This document shows positions 47,350 through 57,968 of a DNA stretch of 64,000 bases, piece after piece. The notes under the pieces were generated by a model that saw only the letters and a list, made by a program, of their open reading frames with translations, searched no databases and was not told the origin of the DNA. A program made the position numbers and the translations under genes. The DNA is from Vampirovibrionales bacterium (GTDB taxonomy: Bacteria; Cyanobacteriota; Vampirovibrionia; Vampirovibrionales; Vampirovibrionaceae), in the NCBI GenBank assembly GCA_029866025.1, contig JARXAD010000001.1, positions 229,873 through 293,872 on the forward strand. The letters are read 5' to 3'. Numbering within the stretch: the first letter of the stretch is position 1; the number at the start of each line of letters is the position of its first letter.

Positions 47350-48120
47350 TTAAGAGGCATCGCCGCTGCTGGTGGTGGCAGCAACCAATAGTTCGGGGGT
47401 AAAGGTCACGCAGCGCTGGGCCCGTTGCAGGTAGTGGTTGCGGGCTTCTAATGACAGTGGATGAATGGGCTGACACTGGTCCAGCAGCACCCGTAGCGAA
47501 TGATTGAGCAAGAACAGCACCGCGTCATCCAGACTGTTTAGGCGGCGGGCATCCAGTAACGTCCGTACTTGCGCTGAAAAGTCTGAAGAGCGCAACGTGG
47601 GCTCAATTTTATCGGCAATGTACACAATCTCTTCCACCAAGCCCATGTTGGTGCGGCCCGTGGTGTGCCACCGAATCGCATTCAATACTTCGGGAGACTC
47701 ACTAAGACTTTCCCAGCGAGATTGAACCAACGCAGGCCCTGCCACGGCATGCAGCACAGCAGGGGATTTACGATCGGCGTCGTCAATGAGCACATCCGCA
47801 TCGCGGCAAAAAGTGAGCAGCTTGTTTAGGGGTAGCGATTTGGCACAATCGTGGAGTAAACCCGCCGTTTGACAGGCGGCTACTTGCTCTGGCTTTAGCT
47901 GAAACAGTTGGGCCAATTCACCAGCCACTCTGGCAGTACCCAAGCTATGCTGTATTCGCCTCTCAGACAAACCTTGTTCCTTTAACCAAGCGGTCACATC
48001 TGTTTCGAAAATGCCGGGGAGTAGGGTCTTTAATGCTGAGGAAGACAATCCGGTCATGGGGGTTAAGTCCTTGTGAGCAAGAGCTAGTTTCACCAAAGGG
48101 AGGGTTGAGGCGGCATCCAT
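47350..48120 (-). CDS. yqeK: HD-domain Ap4A hydrolase YqeK
   Basis: R..HSLG, LLHDCAK, HTTG, YIADKIEP. Confidence 0.88.
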   Translation of the reverse strand: MDAASTLPLVKLALAHKDLTPMTGLSSSALKTLLPGIFETDVTAWLKEQGLSERRIQHSLGTARVAGELAQLFQLKPEQVAACQTAGLLHDCAKSLPLNKLLTFCRDADVLIDDADRKSPAVLHAVAGPALVQSRWESLSESPEVLNAIRWHTTGRTNMGLVEEIVYIADKIEPTLRSSDFSAQVRTLLDARRLNSLDDAVLFLLNHSLRVLLDQCQPIHPLSLEARNHYLQRAQRCVTFTPELLVAATTSSGDAS

Positions 48121-48301
48121 AAGAACCAAAGCCTGCAAGGGTGGTGAAACCACTGCTAAGAGAATAAAGTCTGACGAAGACAGGCAATTGCCTGTTCCGA
48201 CTGTGGCTTGGCACCGCATTAAACTTTACTTTTGGCAGTATAGCACTGTGGTGGATATTGGTCTAGCCTTTTGGGTGGTATCCAAGGCCTTAATCCCCCG
48301 C

Positions 48302-49108
48302 TTAGGGTAAATAATTGGCGAGATTCATCACGGTGTTGATGCGCTCCACGCCACGGCAAACGCCTGTAGTACCGTCCACCGTAAATTGCACGGCATTCAC
48401 TTGCACCACATCGCTGTCCGCTACTTCCAGCCGTTGGGGCACCAAGGATTTAAGCCGAACCAACGATCCATCCACCCCCATGCCAATCACGCTGTTATAC
48501 GCGCCATTAAAACCCGCGTCGGTTAGGTAACCCATGCGGTCATTGAGAATGCGATCGTCGGCGGTTTGTACATGGGTATGAGTACCCACAAAGGCACTGA
48601 CCCCTAAGCGAGAGGCAAAATGGGCCAACGATATTTTTTCGGCGGTGGCCTCCGCATGGAAATCCACAAACAGCACGGGAGTTTGCTGCTTTACTGCCGG
48701 AATGGCCTGCTCCAGACTTTCCCACGGTGGGGTGGTGTTACTGCCCATAAACACTTGCCCCATCAGGTTAATTACCCCAATTTTGTGGCCGCGTATCTCA
48801 AACACCTTGGCGCCGGTGCCGGGCATGCTGGCGGGCATATTGGCGGGGCGAAGCAACTGGGGTGCATTGGCTATGTATTGCACAATTTCGCGCCGGTCCC
48901 AAATATGGTTACCGCCTGTCACAATGTCCACACCGCTCGCCAACAAGTCCTGATAATGGCCTTCACTCAGGCCAAAGCCGTGGGTGACGTTTTCTCCGTT
49001 GGCAATCACCACGTCCGGTCGTTGTTCGGCGGTTAACTGTTTTAAATAAGCGGCCATGGCGCGCCGACCGGGGCGGCCTACCAAATCACCAAAAAATAAA
49101 ATCTTCAC
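48302..49108 (-). CDS. ymdB: TIGR00282 metallophosphoesterase (YmdB)
   Basis: FGDLVGRPG, NGEN, GNHIWD, DFHAEATAEK, GTHTHVQTAD. Confidence 0.93.
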   Translation of the reverse strand: MKILFFGDLVGRPGRRAMAAYLKQLTAEQRPDVVIANGENVTHGFGLSEGHYQDLLASGVDIVTGGNHIWDRREIVQYIANAPQLLRPANMPASMPGTGAKVFEIRGHKIGVINLMGQVFMGSNTTPPWESLEQAIPAVKQQTPVLFVDFHAEATAEKISLAHFASRLGVSAFVGTHTHVQTADDRILNDRMGYLTDAGFNGAYNSVIGMGVDGSLVRLKSLVPQRLEVADSDVVQVNAVQFTVDGTTGVCRGVERINTVMNLANYLP

Positions 49109-49241
49109 CCGTTGCCATCATTTCTAAGCTGTATCAGCCCTTTAAGCCTCACATAAAGGTATCATTCCATAAAGCATCTCACCCATCACGCCAACTCCGG
49201 TACAATGAAAGGCTTCTCACCTTTAATTCTTTCAGGGCCTT

Positions 49242-50879
49242 GTGTTGAATCGGCTTTTTTACCAACGCGTTTTTTCTGTCCTATTGATGGCACTCATGGC
49301 AATTGGCTGGTTGGGCTGCAATGATTCTGACCCAAAAAGTACCCATAAAACCCCAAGCCTTGTGTTTAAAGTGAATTTGGGGACCGAACCTCCCACGCTG
49401 GATCCGGCGCGTGCCACAGATCTCACCTCGTTTACGGTGCTGCAAGCCATACAAAAAGGCTTGGTGCAGTTGAATGAGCGTATGGAGCCGGTGCCTGCCG
49501 TGGCCCAACGCTGGACGATCTCGTCCGACCGCCGCACCTACACTTTTTTTATTCATCCCAAGGCTCTCTGGAGTGACGGAAAGCCCGTGCTAGCCAAACA
49601 CTTTGCAGACGCTTGGCAACGGGCTTTGACACCTGAGACGGGTAGCGAATACGCCTTTTTTCTGTACGAGATTGCCGGTGCAGAGGCTTTTTATGACGGC
49701 CAAAGTCATGACAAGACCTCATTTAAAAGCGTCTCAGTCAAAGTTTTAGGGCCTAAAACGCTGCAAGTCACTCTAAAAAGACCCGTGCCGTTTTTCTTGT
49801 CCTTGATGGCCAGTCCGGTCGCCTTGCCCTTAAGGCTGGATCAACTCAAACGGGACGGCGACGCCTTTACGGAAGCGGGAAAATTCATTACCAACGGGCC
49901 ATTCTTGCTATCTCAATGGAAACACGACAGCGCAATTACCCTGAAACCCAACCTCCATTACTGGTTGGGCGTTCCCAAAACCTCCATAGAACTGGTGATG
50001 GTGCCCGATGCCAACACCAGCGTGGCCATGTACGAAACCGACCAACTGGACATGATTGAAACCACCACCAGCCTACCTTCTGTAGAAGTGCGCCGCCTCA
50101 AACACTCGCCGGAAGCCCACCAATTGCCCTTGTACCACTTAAATTACCTTGGGTTTAATACCCAGCACCCAGTAGTGCGAGATGTGCGGGTGCGCCAAGC
50201 CTTGGCCCTTAGTATTGATCGCCAGTGGATACCCCAGCTGATGCAAGGGGGCCAACAGCCCAATACCACAGTACTGATGCCAGGCCTGTTTGGCTATAAT
50301 CCACACTTGGGCTTAGCCTTTAACCCCCAAAAGGCACAAAAACTCCTTGCTGAGGCCGGCTATCCCAATGGGAAAGGCTTCCCCGAATTATCACTCGCTT
50401 ACCGCAGTGGTTTTGATACGCGCCGGGAAATGGAAATTCTCCAGTTTTTGTGGAAAAAACACTTGAATATTACGGTGCGGCTGGAAAATCTGGATTGGAA
50501 GATGTTCTTACATCGCCTGAAGACCAACCCACCGGCCTTGTATCGCCTAGGCTGGTTTGCCGATTATCCTGACCCTGATACCTTTGTGAGCTTGTTTACC
50601 CGTGCCAATGGTAATAATTACAGCCACTGGTGGAATCCTACTTATGAAGCCGGTGTCATCCAAGCCGCTACCTTGCCCAATGGTTTCCAGCGCCAGCAGG
50701 TACTCAACGCATTGCAGCGTCAATTATTAGAACAAGATGCCGTCATGATACCGCTATACACAGGCACTAAAATGTGGCTGGTGCAGCCCTGTGTGAGCGG
50801 TTTTACCATCAATCCTATGAATTTAATGGACTTTCAGAAGGTTTCGGTTAAAAAAGCCGCTGATTGCTTAAAACGCTAA
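49242..50879 (+). CDS. oppA: Peptide ABC transporter substrate-binding lipoprotein (OppA-like)
   Basis: Lipobox LGC, EPPTLDP, WSDGKPV.A, NGPF.L, GWFADYPDP. Confidence 0.9.
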   Translation: MLNRLFYQRVFSVLLMALMAIGWLGCNDSDPKSTHKTPSLVFKVNLGTEPPTLDPARATDLTSFTVLQAIQKGLVQLNERMEPVPAVAQRWTISSDRRTYTFFIHPKALWSDGKPVLAKHFADAWQRALTPETGSEYAFFLYEIAGAEAFYDGQSHDKTSFKSVSVKVLGPKTLQVTLKRPVPFFLSLMASPVALPLRLDQLKRDGDAFTEAGKFITNGPFLLSQWKHDSAITLKPNLHYWLGVPKTSIELVMVPDANTSVAMYETDQLDMIETTTSLPSVEVRRLKHSPEAHQLPLYHLNYLGFNTQHPVVRDVRVRQALALSIDRQWIPQLMQGGQQPNTTVLMPGLFGYNPHLGLAFNPQKAQKLLAEAGYPNGKGFPELSLAYRSGFDTRREMEILQFLWKKHLNITVRLENLDWKMFLHRLKTNPPALYRLGWFADYPDPDTFVSLFTRANGNNYSHWWNPTYEAGVIQAATLPNGFQRQQVLNALQRQLLEQDAVMIPLYTGTKMWLVQPCVSGFTINPMNLMDFQKVSVKKAADCLKR

Positions 50880-50969
50880 TTCTAAAGGAATAATAAACTC
50901 TTAAGAGTCTCTTAAGTCTGCTCTAAAAGGGTCAATTTTGATGAAGTGGGTGTTTTTATATAAGTATCA

Positions 50970-51305
50970 GGGTTTAGGAAAATGGAGGGGCTGAAACAAA
51001 AGCCCCACAAGAGGAACTAGAAGCAGAGAATCGACCAAAAACAACAAAATAAACCAACCAACAAAACTAAAAATAAACCAAGACCAAACCAAAACCGATT
51101 AAGCGGTAGGAGCGAGTGGAAAACCCCCTAAATTATTGAATAGAGAGAGATTATTTTAACCGAGAGCCATCAAAAATTACCCAACCCATAACCCGTTATT
51201 GTTGATAGTTTAAGCCACCTGTACTTGTTGAGCGTTAAGGAGATGTGGCCACTGGCGCCATCCATCACAATTCAATACAGCCAGCCTTTACGTAAGGGTG
51301 GCTAA
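50970..51305 (+). ncRNA. Candidate sRNA with an A/C-rich tract, several GGA motifs and a terminal hairpin
   Basis: About 480-bp intergenic gap without an ORF in the track; hairpins GGGGCT..AGCCCC, GCCAC..GTGGC and AGCCAGCCTTTA..TAAGGGTGGCT. Confidence 0.3.
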
Positions 51306-51358
51306 AGCATACCCAACGCACGATCTGACCGGTCGTGCGTTTTTGCTATGTTGGAAGG

Positions 51359-52843
51359 ATGAGCCCTTCTTCTCCTAAACCACCCATTGCACAAGCGCTG
51401 GATGCCTCTCAGTATGCGTCGGTGCGGTTCCATGTACCAGGCCACCAGGGGCGAAGCCCCTTAGGAAAAGCAAGCCCTGGTGTTGGTTTGGACTGGCTGA
51501 TCAATGATCTCACCGAGCTAGACACCCTGGACGATTTAGCCCACCCCAGTGGCTGTGTGGCCGATTCTCAGCAACAAGCTGCTTTTTTATATGGTGTAGG
51601 GCATAGTTTTTATCTGTCGGGTGGTAGTACTTTGGGGCTTCAAGCGGCTTTGTTGGCTTTGGCTAAACCTCATGAGGTCATTCTTCTCCCTCGGACAGCA
51701 CATCGCGCTATTGTTCATGGATTGATACTCACGGGAGCTTTTCCCGCTTGGTTTTTCCCGCAATTAAATCCTCATTGGGGTGTCTGGCAAGGCGTCTCCC
51801 TTCACGATGTTGTTACTGCCCACAAAGGCAATCCTCAAGTCACAGGCATAGTCATTCCGTCGCCTACGTATGAAGGCTTTGCCAGTGAGGTGAAAGCCAT
51901 TGCAGACTATTGCCAGCAGCATGGGCTATGGCTGGTGGTGGATGAAGCCCACGGAAGCCTGCTACCCGTATACCCAACCCTTTCGGTAGCTAAATCATTG
52001 CCGGTATCAGCCACACAAACAGCGGCCACGGTGGTGATTCAGTCTCTTCACAAGGGCGCGGGAGCGATTACCCCTGCGGCCATTGCACACTTGCCCAAGC
52101 ACTCCACCCTCTCGCCGCAACGATTCCAACAGGCCTTGAACGTGCTGCAAACCAGCAGCCCATCGTGGCCCTTGTTAGCCAACAGTGAAGCTTGTACGCG
52201 CTGGCTGTGGAGTCCCAACGCTCAAGAACACCTGAATTATTTGATACAAAGGGTTAATGAACAGGCACGTCGGGTGAATAACGCAGAAATAGGGTTTGAG
52301 TGGTATGTCTCTAACAAAAGCACCCATGACCCACTGGCGATTCTGATTCGTCACGGCCATTTACCCCCGGCAATATGGGCTTGTGAGATAGAGGCCACTG
52401 TGGGTATTGCCTATGAGTCTTTGAACACTCACAGCGCGTTGTATAAAGTTGGCTTGGGTGCCACGCCTGAGGATATTAAAGCCTTGGCCAATGCTTTGTT
52501 GGCATACCAGCCCCAAGATAGTTCGGAAGGTTATGCATTACTGACTCAGCCCTTTGATGCTGCCAGTCTTCCACCACCACAGGTGGTCCTATGCCCACGA
52601 GAGGCGTGGCTATCGGATCACGAAACAGTGCCTTTATTTGCGGCCGTGGGTCGCATTGCCGCCGAAACCTACGCGCCCTGTCCTCCAGGCGTTCCGTTGT
52701 GGGCCCCAGGTGAACGTATTCAGCCAGGGCATCTTTCCGCGTGGAAAGGTCTGGAACCTTGTGAAAGCGATGAAAAATCTGTTGTTGAACCTTCCCACGA
52801 TCCGCCGGACGTGATCGTGGTGCGCGAGGGGGCCTTGCGTTAG
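51359..52843 (+). CDS. Orn/Lys/Arg decarboxylase family PLP enzyme
   Basis: FHVPGH, DDLAHP.G, DEAHG, QSLHK, LQTSSPS, PCPPGVP. Confidence 0.9.
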   Translation: MSPSSPKPPIAQALDASQYASVRFHVPGHQGRSPLGKASPGVGLDWLINDLTELDTLDDLAHPSGCVADSQQQAAFLYGVGHSFYLSGGSTLGLQAALLALAKPHEVILLPRTAHRAIVHGLILTGAFPAWFFPQLNPHWGVWQGVSLHDVVTAHKGNPQVTGIVIPSPTYEGFASEVKAIADYCQQHGLWLVVDEAHGSLLPVYPTLSVAKSLPVSATQTAATVVIQSLHKGAGAITPAAIAHLPKHSTLSPQRFQQALNVLQTSSPSWPLLANSEACTRWLWSPNAQEHLNYLIQRVNEQARRVNNAEIGFEWYVSNKSTHDPLAILIRHGHLPPAIWACEIEATVGIAYESLNTHSALYKVGLGATPEDIKALANALLAYQPQDSSEGYALLTQPFDAASLPPPQVVLCPREAWLSDHETVPLFAAVGRIAAETYAPCPPGVPLWAPGERIQPGHLSAWKGLEPCESDEKSVVEPSHDPPDVIVVREGALR

Positions 52844-53008
52844 GCCTGTTAGCGCGTACAATCGATAGACTTTGATTCATACACGATCAGGCTTTTTGTC
52901 GGTTCGCTTGTGACCTTTCTTAACATTTGATGCTCTGTTAATCGCCCTGTTCATTATTTTCTGTTGTTATTTCACGCGTTATTTACGCAAACTTTAAAAG
53001 GAACACCA

Positions 53009-53854
53009 ATGTCCGCGCCAACAACCGCCAGTGCTACCCCGACCACCGCGTCCCTCGAAACCTTGATGGAGGCCGGTGTCCACTTTGGCCACAAAACCAG
53101 TCGTTGGAACCCTAAAATGCGTCGCTTCATCTGGGGCAAGCGCAACGGTATTCATATTCTCGATTTAACTCAAACCACCGTGTTGTTGGACAAAGCCTTG
53201 GCCTTCTTGTCGGATTCTGCCGCCAAGGGTAAGAAAATTGTGTTTGTAGGCACCAAAAAACAGGCCTCGCCTCTCATTGCGGAAGCCGCCGAGCAATCCA
53301 GCTCGTATTTCATCAACCGTCGCTGGTTGGGTGGCTTACTCACCAACTTTGAAACCATTCGTACCCGTATTGCCCGTTTGCGTGATTTGGAAGACATGGA
53401 GCATAACGGCATTTTTGACCGTCTCCACAAAAAAGAAGTAAGCACCTTGAATAAAGAAAAAGCCAAGCTGGAAAAAAGTTTGGGCGGCATTAAAACCATG
53501 CGCGGCTTGCCCGATGTCCTCATTGTGGTGGACGTGGTGCGTGAAAGCCTCGCTGTGGAAGAAGCCATTAAGGCCGGTATTCCAGTGGTGGCCCTGGTGG
53601 ATAGCAACTGCGACCCTACCGGCATTACCTACCCCATTCCCGCCAACGATGATGCCATTCGCTCCATTAAATTGCTTATTGGGTTGATGTCGGACGCCAT
53701 TGTGTCGGGCCGTCAGCAACGCGAGAAAAAAGTGGGCGGTGCCAGCATTAGCACCGAAGAAATGGCCAAGCCCGCTGCAAAGCCTGAAGCTCCCAAAGAA
53801 TTGGCGGCCGTCGGTTCTACCAGCGTTGCTACAGAAGCCCCTGCTGCTGAATAG
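53009..53854 (+). CDS. rpsB: 30S ribosomal protein S2
   Basis: [33 protein letters not shown]. Confidence 0.98.
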   Translation: MSAPTTASATPTTASLETLMEAGVHFGHKTSRWNPKMRRFIWGKRNGIHILDLTQTTVLLDKALAFLSDSAAKGKKIVFVGTKKQASPLIAEAAEQSSSYFINRRWLGGLLTNFETIRTRIARLRDLEDMEHNGIFDRLHKKEVSTLNKEKAKLEKSLGGIKTMRGLPDVLIVVDVVRESLAVEEAIKAGIPVVALVDSNCDPTGITYPIPANDDAIRSIKLLIGLMSDAIVSGRQQREKKVGGASISTEEMAKPAAKPEAPKELAAVGSTSVATEAPAAE

Positions 53855-53903
53855 CATTGTGTTACTCAATTTTTAAGTTTGCTTTTTTAGGAGAACGCCT
53901 CAA

Positions 53904-54833
53904 ATGATTACGGCTGCTCAGGTTAAAGAACTTCGCGAGCGCTCGGGTGCTGGCATGATGGATGCCAAAAACGCCTTGGTGGAAGCCGAAGGCGATATGG
54001 ACAAAGCCATGGAAGTGTTGCGCCAAAAAGGCTTGGCCACCGCTGCCAAGAAAAGTGGCCGCACCGCTGCCGAAGGCCAAGTTTGTGCTGCTTTGAGTCC
54101 CGATGCCCAACAGGGTGTGGTGGTGGAAGTGAACTGCGAAACCGACTTTGTGGCTAAAGGTGATCCCTTTACCGAGTTGGCTCAACAGCTAACCGAACAA
54201 GCCCTTACCGATGGTGCCGACGGTCTGGAAAGCTTGCTTGCCAAGCCTGCCACAACCGCTCCCAGCGGTTCGGTGCGTGATTTCATTACTGAAAAAATCG
54301 TTCAAATCAAAGAAAACATGTCCTTGCGTCGTCTCTCCCACTACAGCGTGAGTGGCACCGGCTCAGTGGCCAAATACATCCACACCGGTGGTAAAATTGG
54401 TGTGCTTACCGAATTTGGCTATACCAATGCAGCCACCAAAGGCCATGATGCTTTTGTGCAACTGAGCAAAGACATTTGCATGCAAATTGCCAGTTTTGGT
54501 GCCGAATTTGTTACCATGGATGAAATTCCTGCGGATGTCATTGCCGAAGAAACCCGCATTGAAATGGGCAAAGAAGACTTGCAAAACAAGCCTGAAAACA
54601 TTCGGGAAAATATCGTGAAAGGTCGCGTTCAAAAGCAATTAGCCCAAAAAGTATTGCTGGAACAGCCCTTTGTGAAAGATCCCAGCCTAACGGTGAAGGA
54701 TTATTTAGCCACGGTGTCTAAAACCACGGGCGATACCCTTTCTGTTTCTCGCTTTACCCGCTACACCTTGGGTGAAGGCATTGAAAAAGAAGTCACCGAC
54801 TTTGCTGCTGAGGTCATGGCCCAGCTTCGTTAA
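53904..54833 (+). CDS. tsf: Elongation factor Ts
   Basis: VKELRERSGAGMMD, EVNCETDFVA. Confidence 0.98.
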   Translation: MITAAQVKELRERSGAGMMDAKNALVEAEGDMDKAMEVLRQKGLATAAKKSGRTAAEGQVCAALSPDAQQGVVVEVNCETDFVAKGDPFTELAQQLTEQALTDGADGLESLLAKPATTAPSGSVRDFITEKIVQIKENMSLRRLSHYSVSGTGSVAKYIHTGGKIGVLTEFGYTNAATKGHDAFVQLSKDICMQIASFGAEFVTMDEIPADVIAEETRIEMGKEDLQNKPENIRENIVKGRVQKQLAQKVLLEQPFVKDPSLTVKDYLATVSKTTGDTLSVSRFTRYTLGEGIEKEVTDFAAEVMAQLR

Positions 54834-54846
54834 TCGTTTTTATTCC

Positions 54847-54874
54847 AGGCGCTCCCAGTGAGCGCCTTTTTTTT
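54847..54874 (+). terminator. Intrinsic terminator after tsf
   Basis: AGGCGCTC-CCAGT-GAGCGCCT followed by a T-run. Confidence 0.85.
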
Positions 54875-54910
54875 AGCTTGTTTACTATTGTCTGTATCAA
54901 AGGTTTTCTG

Positions 54911-55672
54911 ATGACTCCTCCCGCTTCTACCCCTATCTACAAAAGAATCCTCCTTAAGATCAGTGGCGAAGCCTTGATGGGTGGCCAAGGATTTGGTATT
55001 GACCCGGTGATTCTAGACACCGTGGCTGGTAACATTGCCAAAGCCGCAGAGCTGGGTGTGCAAATTGCCATTGTGGTGGGTGGCGGCAATATTTTTAGAG
55101 GGGTACAGAACAGCAGTAAACTGGGCTTGGACCGTGCTGCCGCCGATTACGTGGGCATGCTGGCTACCGTGATGAACGCGTTGGTATTGCAAGGCATTTT
55201 GAAGAAAAAGGGCGTGGATTGCCGCATGATGAGTGCTATGGATATCAATCGCGTGGCAGAGCCTTACATTCGTTTACGCGCTGTGCGCCATTTGGAAAAA
55301 GGCCGCGTGGTAATTTTTGGGGGAGGTACAGGGAATCCGTTTTTCTCCACCGATACCACCAGTGCTTTGCGGGCGGCGGAAATTACCGCTGATTGCATTC
55401 TCATGGCCAAAAATGGCGTGGATGGCGTGTACGACAAAGACCCCAAACAACACGCCGATGCCAAAAAATACAGTACCCTCACCTATGATGACGTACTGGT
55501 GAAAGATCTGAAAGTCATGGATCAAACGGCCATTAGCTTGTGTAAAGATACTGGCTTGCCCATTATTGTGTTTGATTTTAACGATACTCAGGCCTTGGGG
55601 GCTATTTTGTGTGGCCAACACAATGGCACCGTTATTTGCCACGCCAAGGCAAAAACGCCTTGTGCCGTGTAA
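54911..55672 (+). CDS. pyrH: UMP kinase
   Basis: LLKISGEAL, GGGNIFRG, GTGNPFFSTD. Confidence 0.97.
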   Translation: MTPPASTPIYKRILLKISGEALMGGQGFGIDPVILDTVAGNIAKAAELGVQIAIVVGGGNIFRGVQNSSKLGLDRAAADYVGMLATVMNALVLQGILKKKGVDCRMMSAMDINRVAEPYIRLRAVRHLEKGRVVIFGGGTGNPFFSTDTTSALRAAEITADCILMAKNGVDGVYDKDPKQHADAKKYSTLTYDDVLVKDLKVMDQTAISLCKDTGLPIIVFDFNDTQALGAILCGQHNGTVICHAKAKTPCAV

Positions 55673-55753
55673 AAACTAGGTTTAGCGGGGCGCTTTTCTT
55701 AATCCTTGCAAACCTGTTGTATTGATCTGAGAATAGAAGCAGCCATTGGCTGT

Positions 55754-55837
55754 GGGCGAGTGGCGGAATGGTAGACGCGCTAGTCTTAGGAACTAGTAGA
55801 GCAATCTGTGGGGGTTCGAGTCCCTTCTCGCCCACCA
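55754..55837 (+). tRNA. trnL: tRNA-Leu(UAG)
   Basis: GGGCGAGTGGCGGAATGGTAGACGCG CTAGT-CTTAGGA-ACTAG, long variable arm, GGTTCGAGTCC..CTCGCCCACCA. Confidence 0.96.
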
Positions 55838-55958
55838 TCCAATAAGGGAGTTACAATACTTTAATCGTCAACCTCTTTTTCTGATTACAATAGAGATCAT
55901 AGACTCCCCTACTGTTACCTTTCCGAAGTATCCTCTTTGCTGTAAAGATGCCTTTTTT

Positions 55959-57875
55959 ATGACCATTACTCTTGCCAATATTTCGAAGAATTTTACGAGC
56001 AAGCCACTGTTTGACAAATTGAACTTGCAACTGGACGTGGACAGCCGCATTGGCCTCATTGGCCGTAACGGTATGGGAAAATCCACCTTGCTAAAAATGA
56101 TTATGGGGGATTTGGAGCCCGATGAAGGCAGCGTGAAATGTACCCCCGGCATGCGGGTGAGTTATCTCTCCCAAGAGCCAAAGATTACCCCCCACCTTAG
56201 CCTGGAAGAAGACATGCGGACGGTGTTTAGTGGGCTAAAAGACCTGCACGACGAAGAACAGACTTTGTTGCAAAAAATGGGTACCACGCCTCACGATTCG
56301 CCCGAATACACAGCCATTGCGGATCGGCTGGATCGGGTGCATCAAGCGTTAGAACGCTATGACGAAAACACCATTGATGCCCGCATTGGCAAAATTTTAA
56401 ACGGTCTGGGCTTCAGTTTGGCAGATCATGACCGAAAAACCGGCGATTTTAGCGGTGGCTGGCAAATGCGCATTAACTTGGCCAAAGTATTGTTGGAAGG
56501 CGCCGAGTTTATTTTGCTGGATGAACCGACGAACCACTTGGACATTGAAGCCATTGAGTGGCTGGAAGATTACCTAAAAACGTACCCCGGTGGACTGGTC
56601 TTGGTCTCCCACGATCAACGGTTTTTGGATGAAATTTGTACCGAAATAGGGGAGTTGGACAATCGTACCATTACGGTTTGGGCAGGCAATTACACCACCT
56701 ATGTAATGAACAAAGAGCTGGCTGTGGAGCAACAAACCGCCGCTTACGAGCGCCAGCAAAAAGAATTGGCCAAGCAAACTGCTTTTGTGGAGCGTTTTAA
56801 AGCCAGTGCCAGCCGTGGTACTCAGGCCAAAAGCCGTGAGAAACAGCTGGAAAAAATTGAACGCATCGAAATGCCTACCACCTCATCAACCAAGGCCATG
56901 AAGTTGTCGTTTCCCCCCATTACCCCCAGCGGTAAAGAGGTGTTGAGCTTTGAAAAATTGAGCAAATCTTTTGGCGATAAACATTTGTTTAACAACATTG
57001 AGGGCAAATTGCTGCGCCAAGAACGGGTGTTTATTTTGGGCGCCAACGGAACAGGAAAAACCACGTTGCTGCAATTGTTGATGCAATTGGAACCTGCCGA
57101 CAGTGGCACGGTAAACTGGGGCCACCAAGTCCAGTTGGGTTATTTTTCTCAAAACCAGTTGGAAAGCCTAGACCCCGAAAAATCCGCCTTTGATACCTTG
57201 CACGATGCTTGCCCCAAAATGAACCACACGGAAGTGCGTACCTTGCTAGGCCGTTTTTTGCTGTCGGGTGATCAGGTGTTTAAGCCTGCCAAAGTGCTAA
57301 GTGGCGGGGAAAAAAGTAAGTTGGCCTTGGCCGTATTGCTGGTATCGGGCCCCAACACCCTTATTTTGGATGAACCCACCAACCACATGGATATTCCGTC
57401 CAAAAATGTGTTGCTGGAAGCCTTTCAGGCCTTTGAAGGCACCATTTTGTGTATTTCTCACGACAGGAACTTGATTGAAAACCTGGCCACCGATATTTGG
57501 GAGCTGGTAGACAACAAGCTGATTATGTATGGCGGCGATTACCACCACTACAAAGCCAAACGTGTCCTAATGCATGAGGTGGTAACGGGATCGTCCAAAG
57601 GGGCGGCCAGCGCCAAAATGTTTGTGGACCCAGAACCTGCCAAAGCGGGTGTGACGGTGAACCGCAAAACCATTGAAAAACAGTTAAAAGCGGTGGAAAA
57701 AAAGCTAAGCAACGCAGAAAAAGACATTGCTGCCATTGAAACTCAGATGGCCGATCCGGCTATTCAAAGTGATTATGCAGCCCTAACGGCCACCACGGAA
57801 CAGCTGGCAGAAAAACAAGACCGCCTTAAAGAGCTGCAAGACCAGTGGGATAGCCTGACGGCTCAACTGGGGTAA
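55959..57875 (+). CDS. ABC-F family ATP-binding protein
   Basis: Two ABC domains (GRNGMGKST/FSGGWQMR; GANGTGKTT/LSGGEK), LDEPTNH twice, C-terminal coiled coil, no TM. Confidence 0.95.
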   Translation: MTITLANISKNFTSKPLFDKLNLQLDVDSRIGLIGRNGMGKSTLLKMIMGDLEPDEGSVKCTPGMRVSYLSQEPKITPHLSLEEDMRTVFSGLKDLHDEEQTLLQKMGTTPHDSPEYTAIADRLDRVHQALERYDENTIDARIGKILNGLGFSLADHDRKTGDFSGGWQMRINLAKVLLEGAEFILLDEPTNHLDIEAIEWLEDYLKTYPGGLVLVSHDQRFLDEICTEIGELDNRTITVWAGNYTTYVMNKELAVEQQTAAYERQQKELAKQTAFVERFKASASRGTQAKSREKQLEKIERIEMPTTSSTKAMKLSFPPITPSGKEVLSFEKLSKSFGDKHLFNNIEGKLLRQERVFILGANGTGKTTLLQLLMQLEPADSGTVNWGHQVQLGYFSQNQLESLDPEKSAFDTLHDACPKMNHTEVRTLLGRFLLSGDQVFKPAKVLSGGEKSKLALAVLLVSGPNTLILDEPTNHMDIPSKNVLLEAFQAFEGTILCISHDRNLIENLATDIWELVDNKLIMYGGDYHHYKAKRVLMHEVVTGSSKGAASAKMFVDPEPAKAGVTVNRKTIEKQLKAVEKKLSNAEKDIAAIETQMADPAIQSDYAALTATTEQLAEKQDRLKELQDQWDSLTAQLG

Positions 57876-57968
57876 GTTATTTTGCTAACCCCCCTCAGCT
57901 AACCGGGAATACTTACCTCGCTTAAACAAGGCGTAGGCTTCTAACATTATAGAGATTGACGCCACAAA

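Noticed and set aside
55632..55838. 68-aa minus-strand ORF
   Set aside because: Antisense to tRNA-Leu
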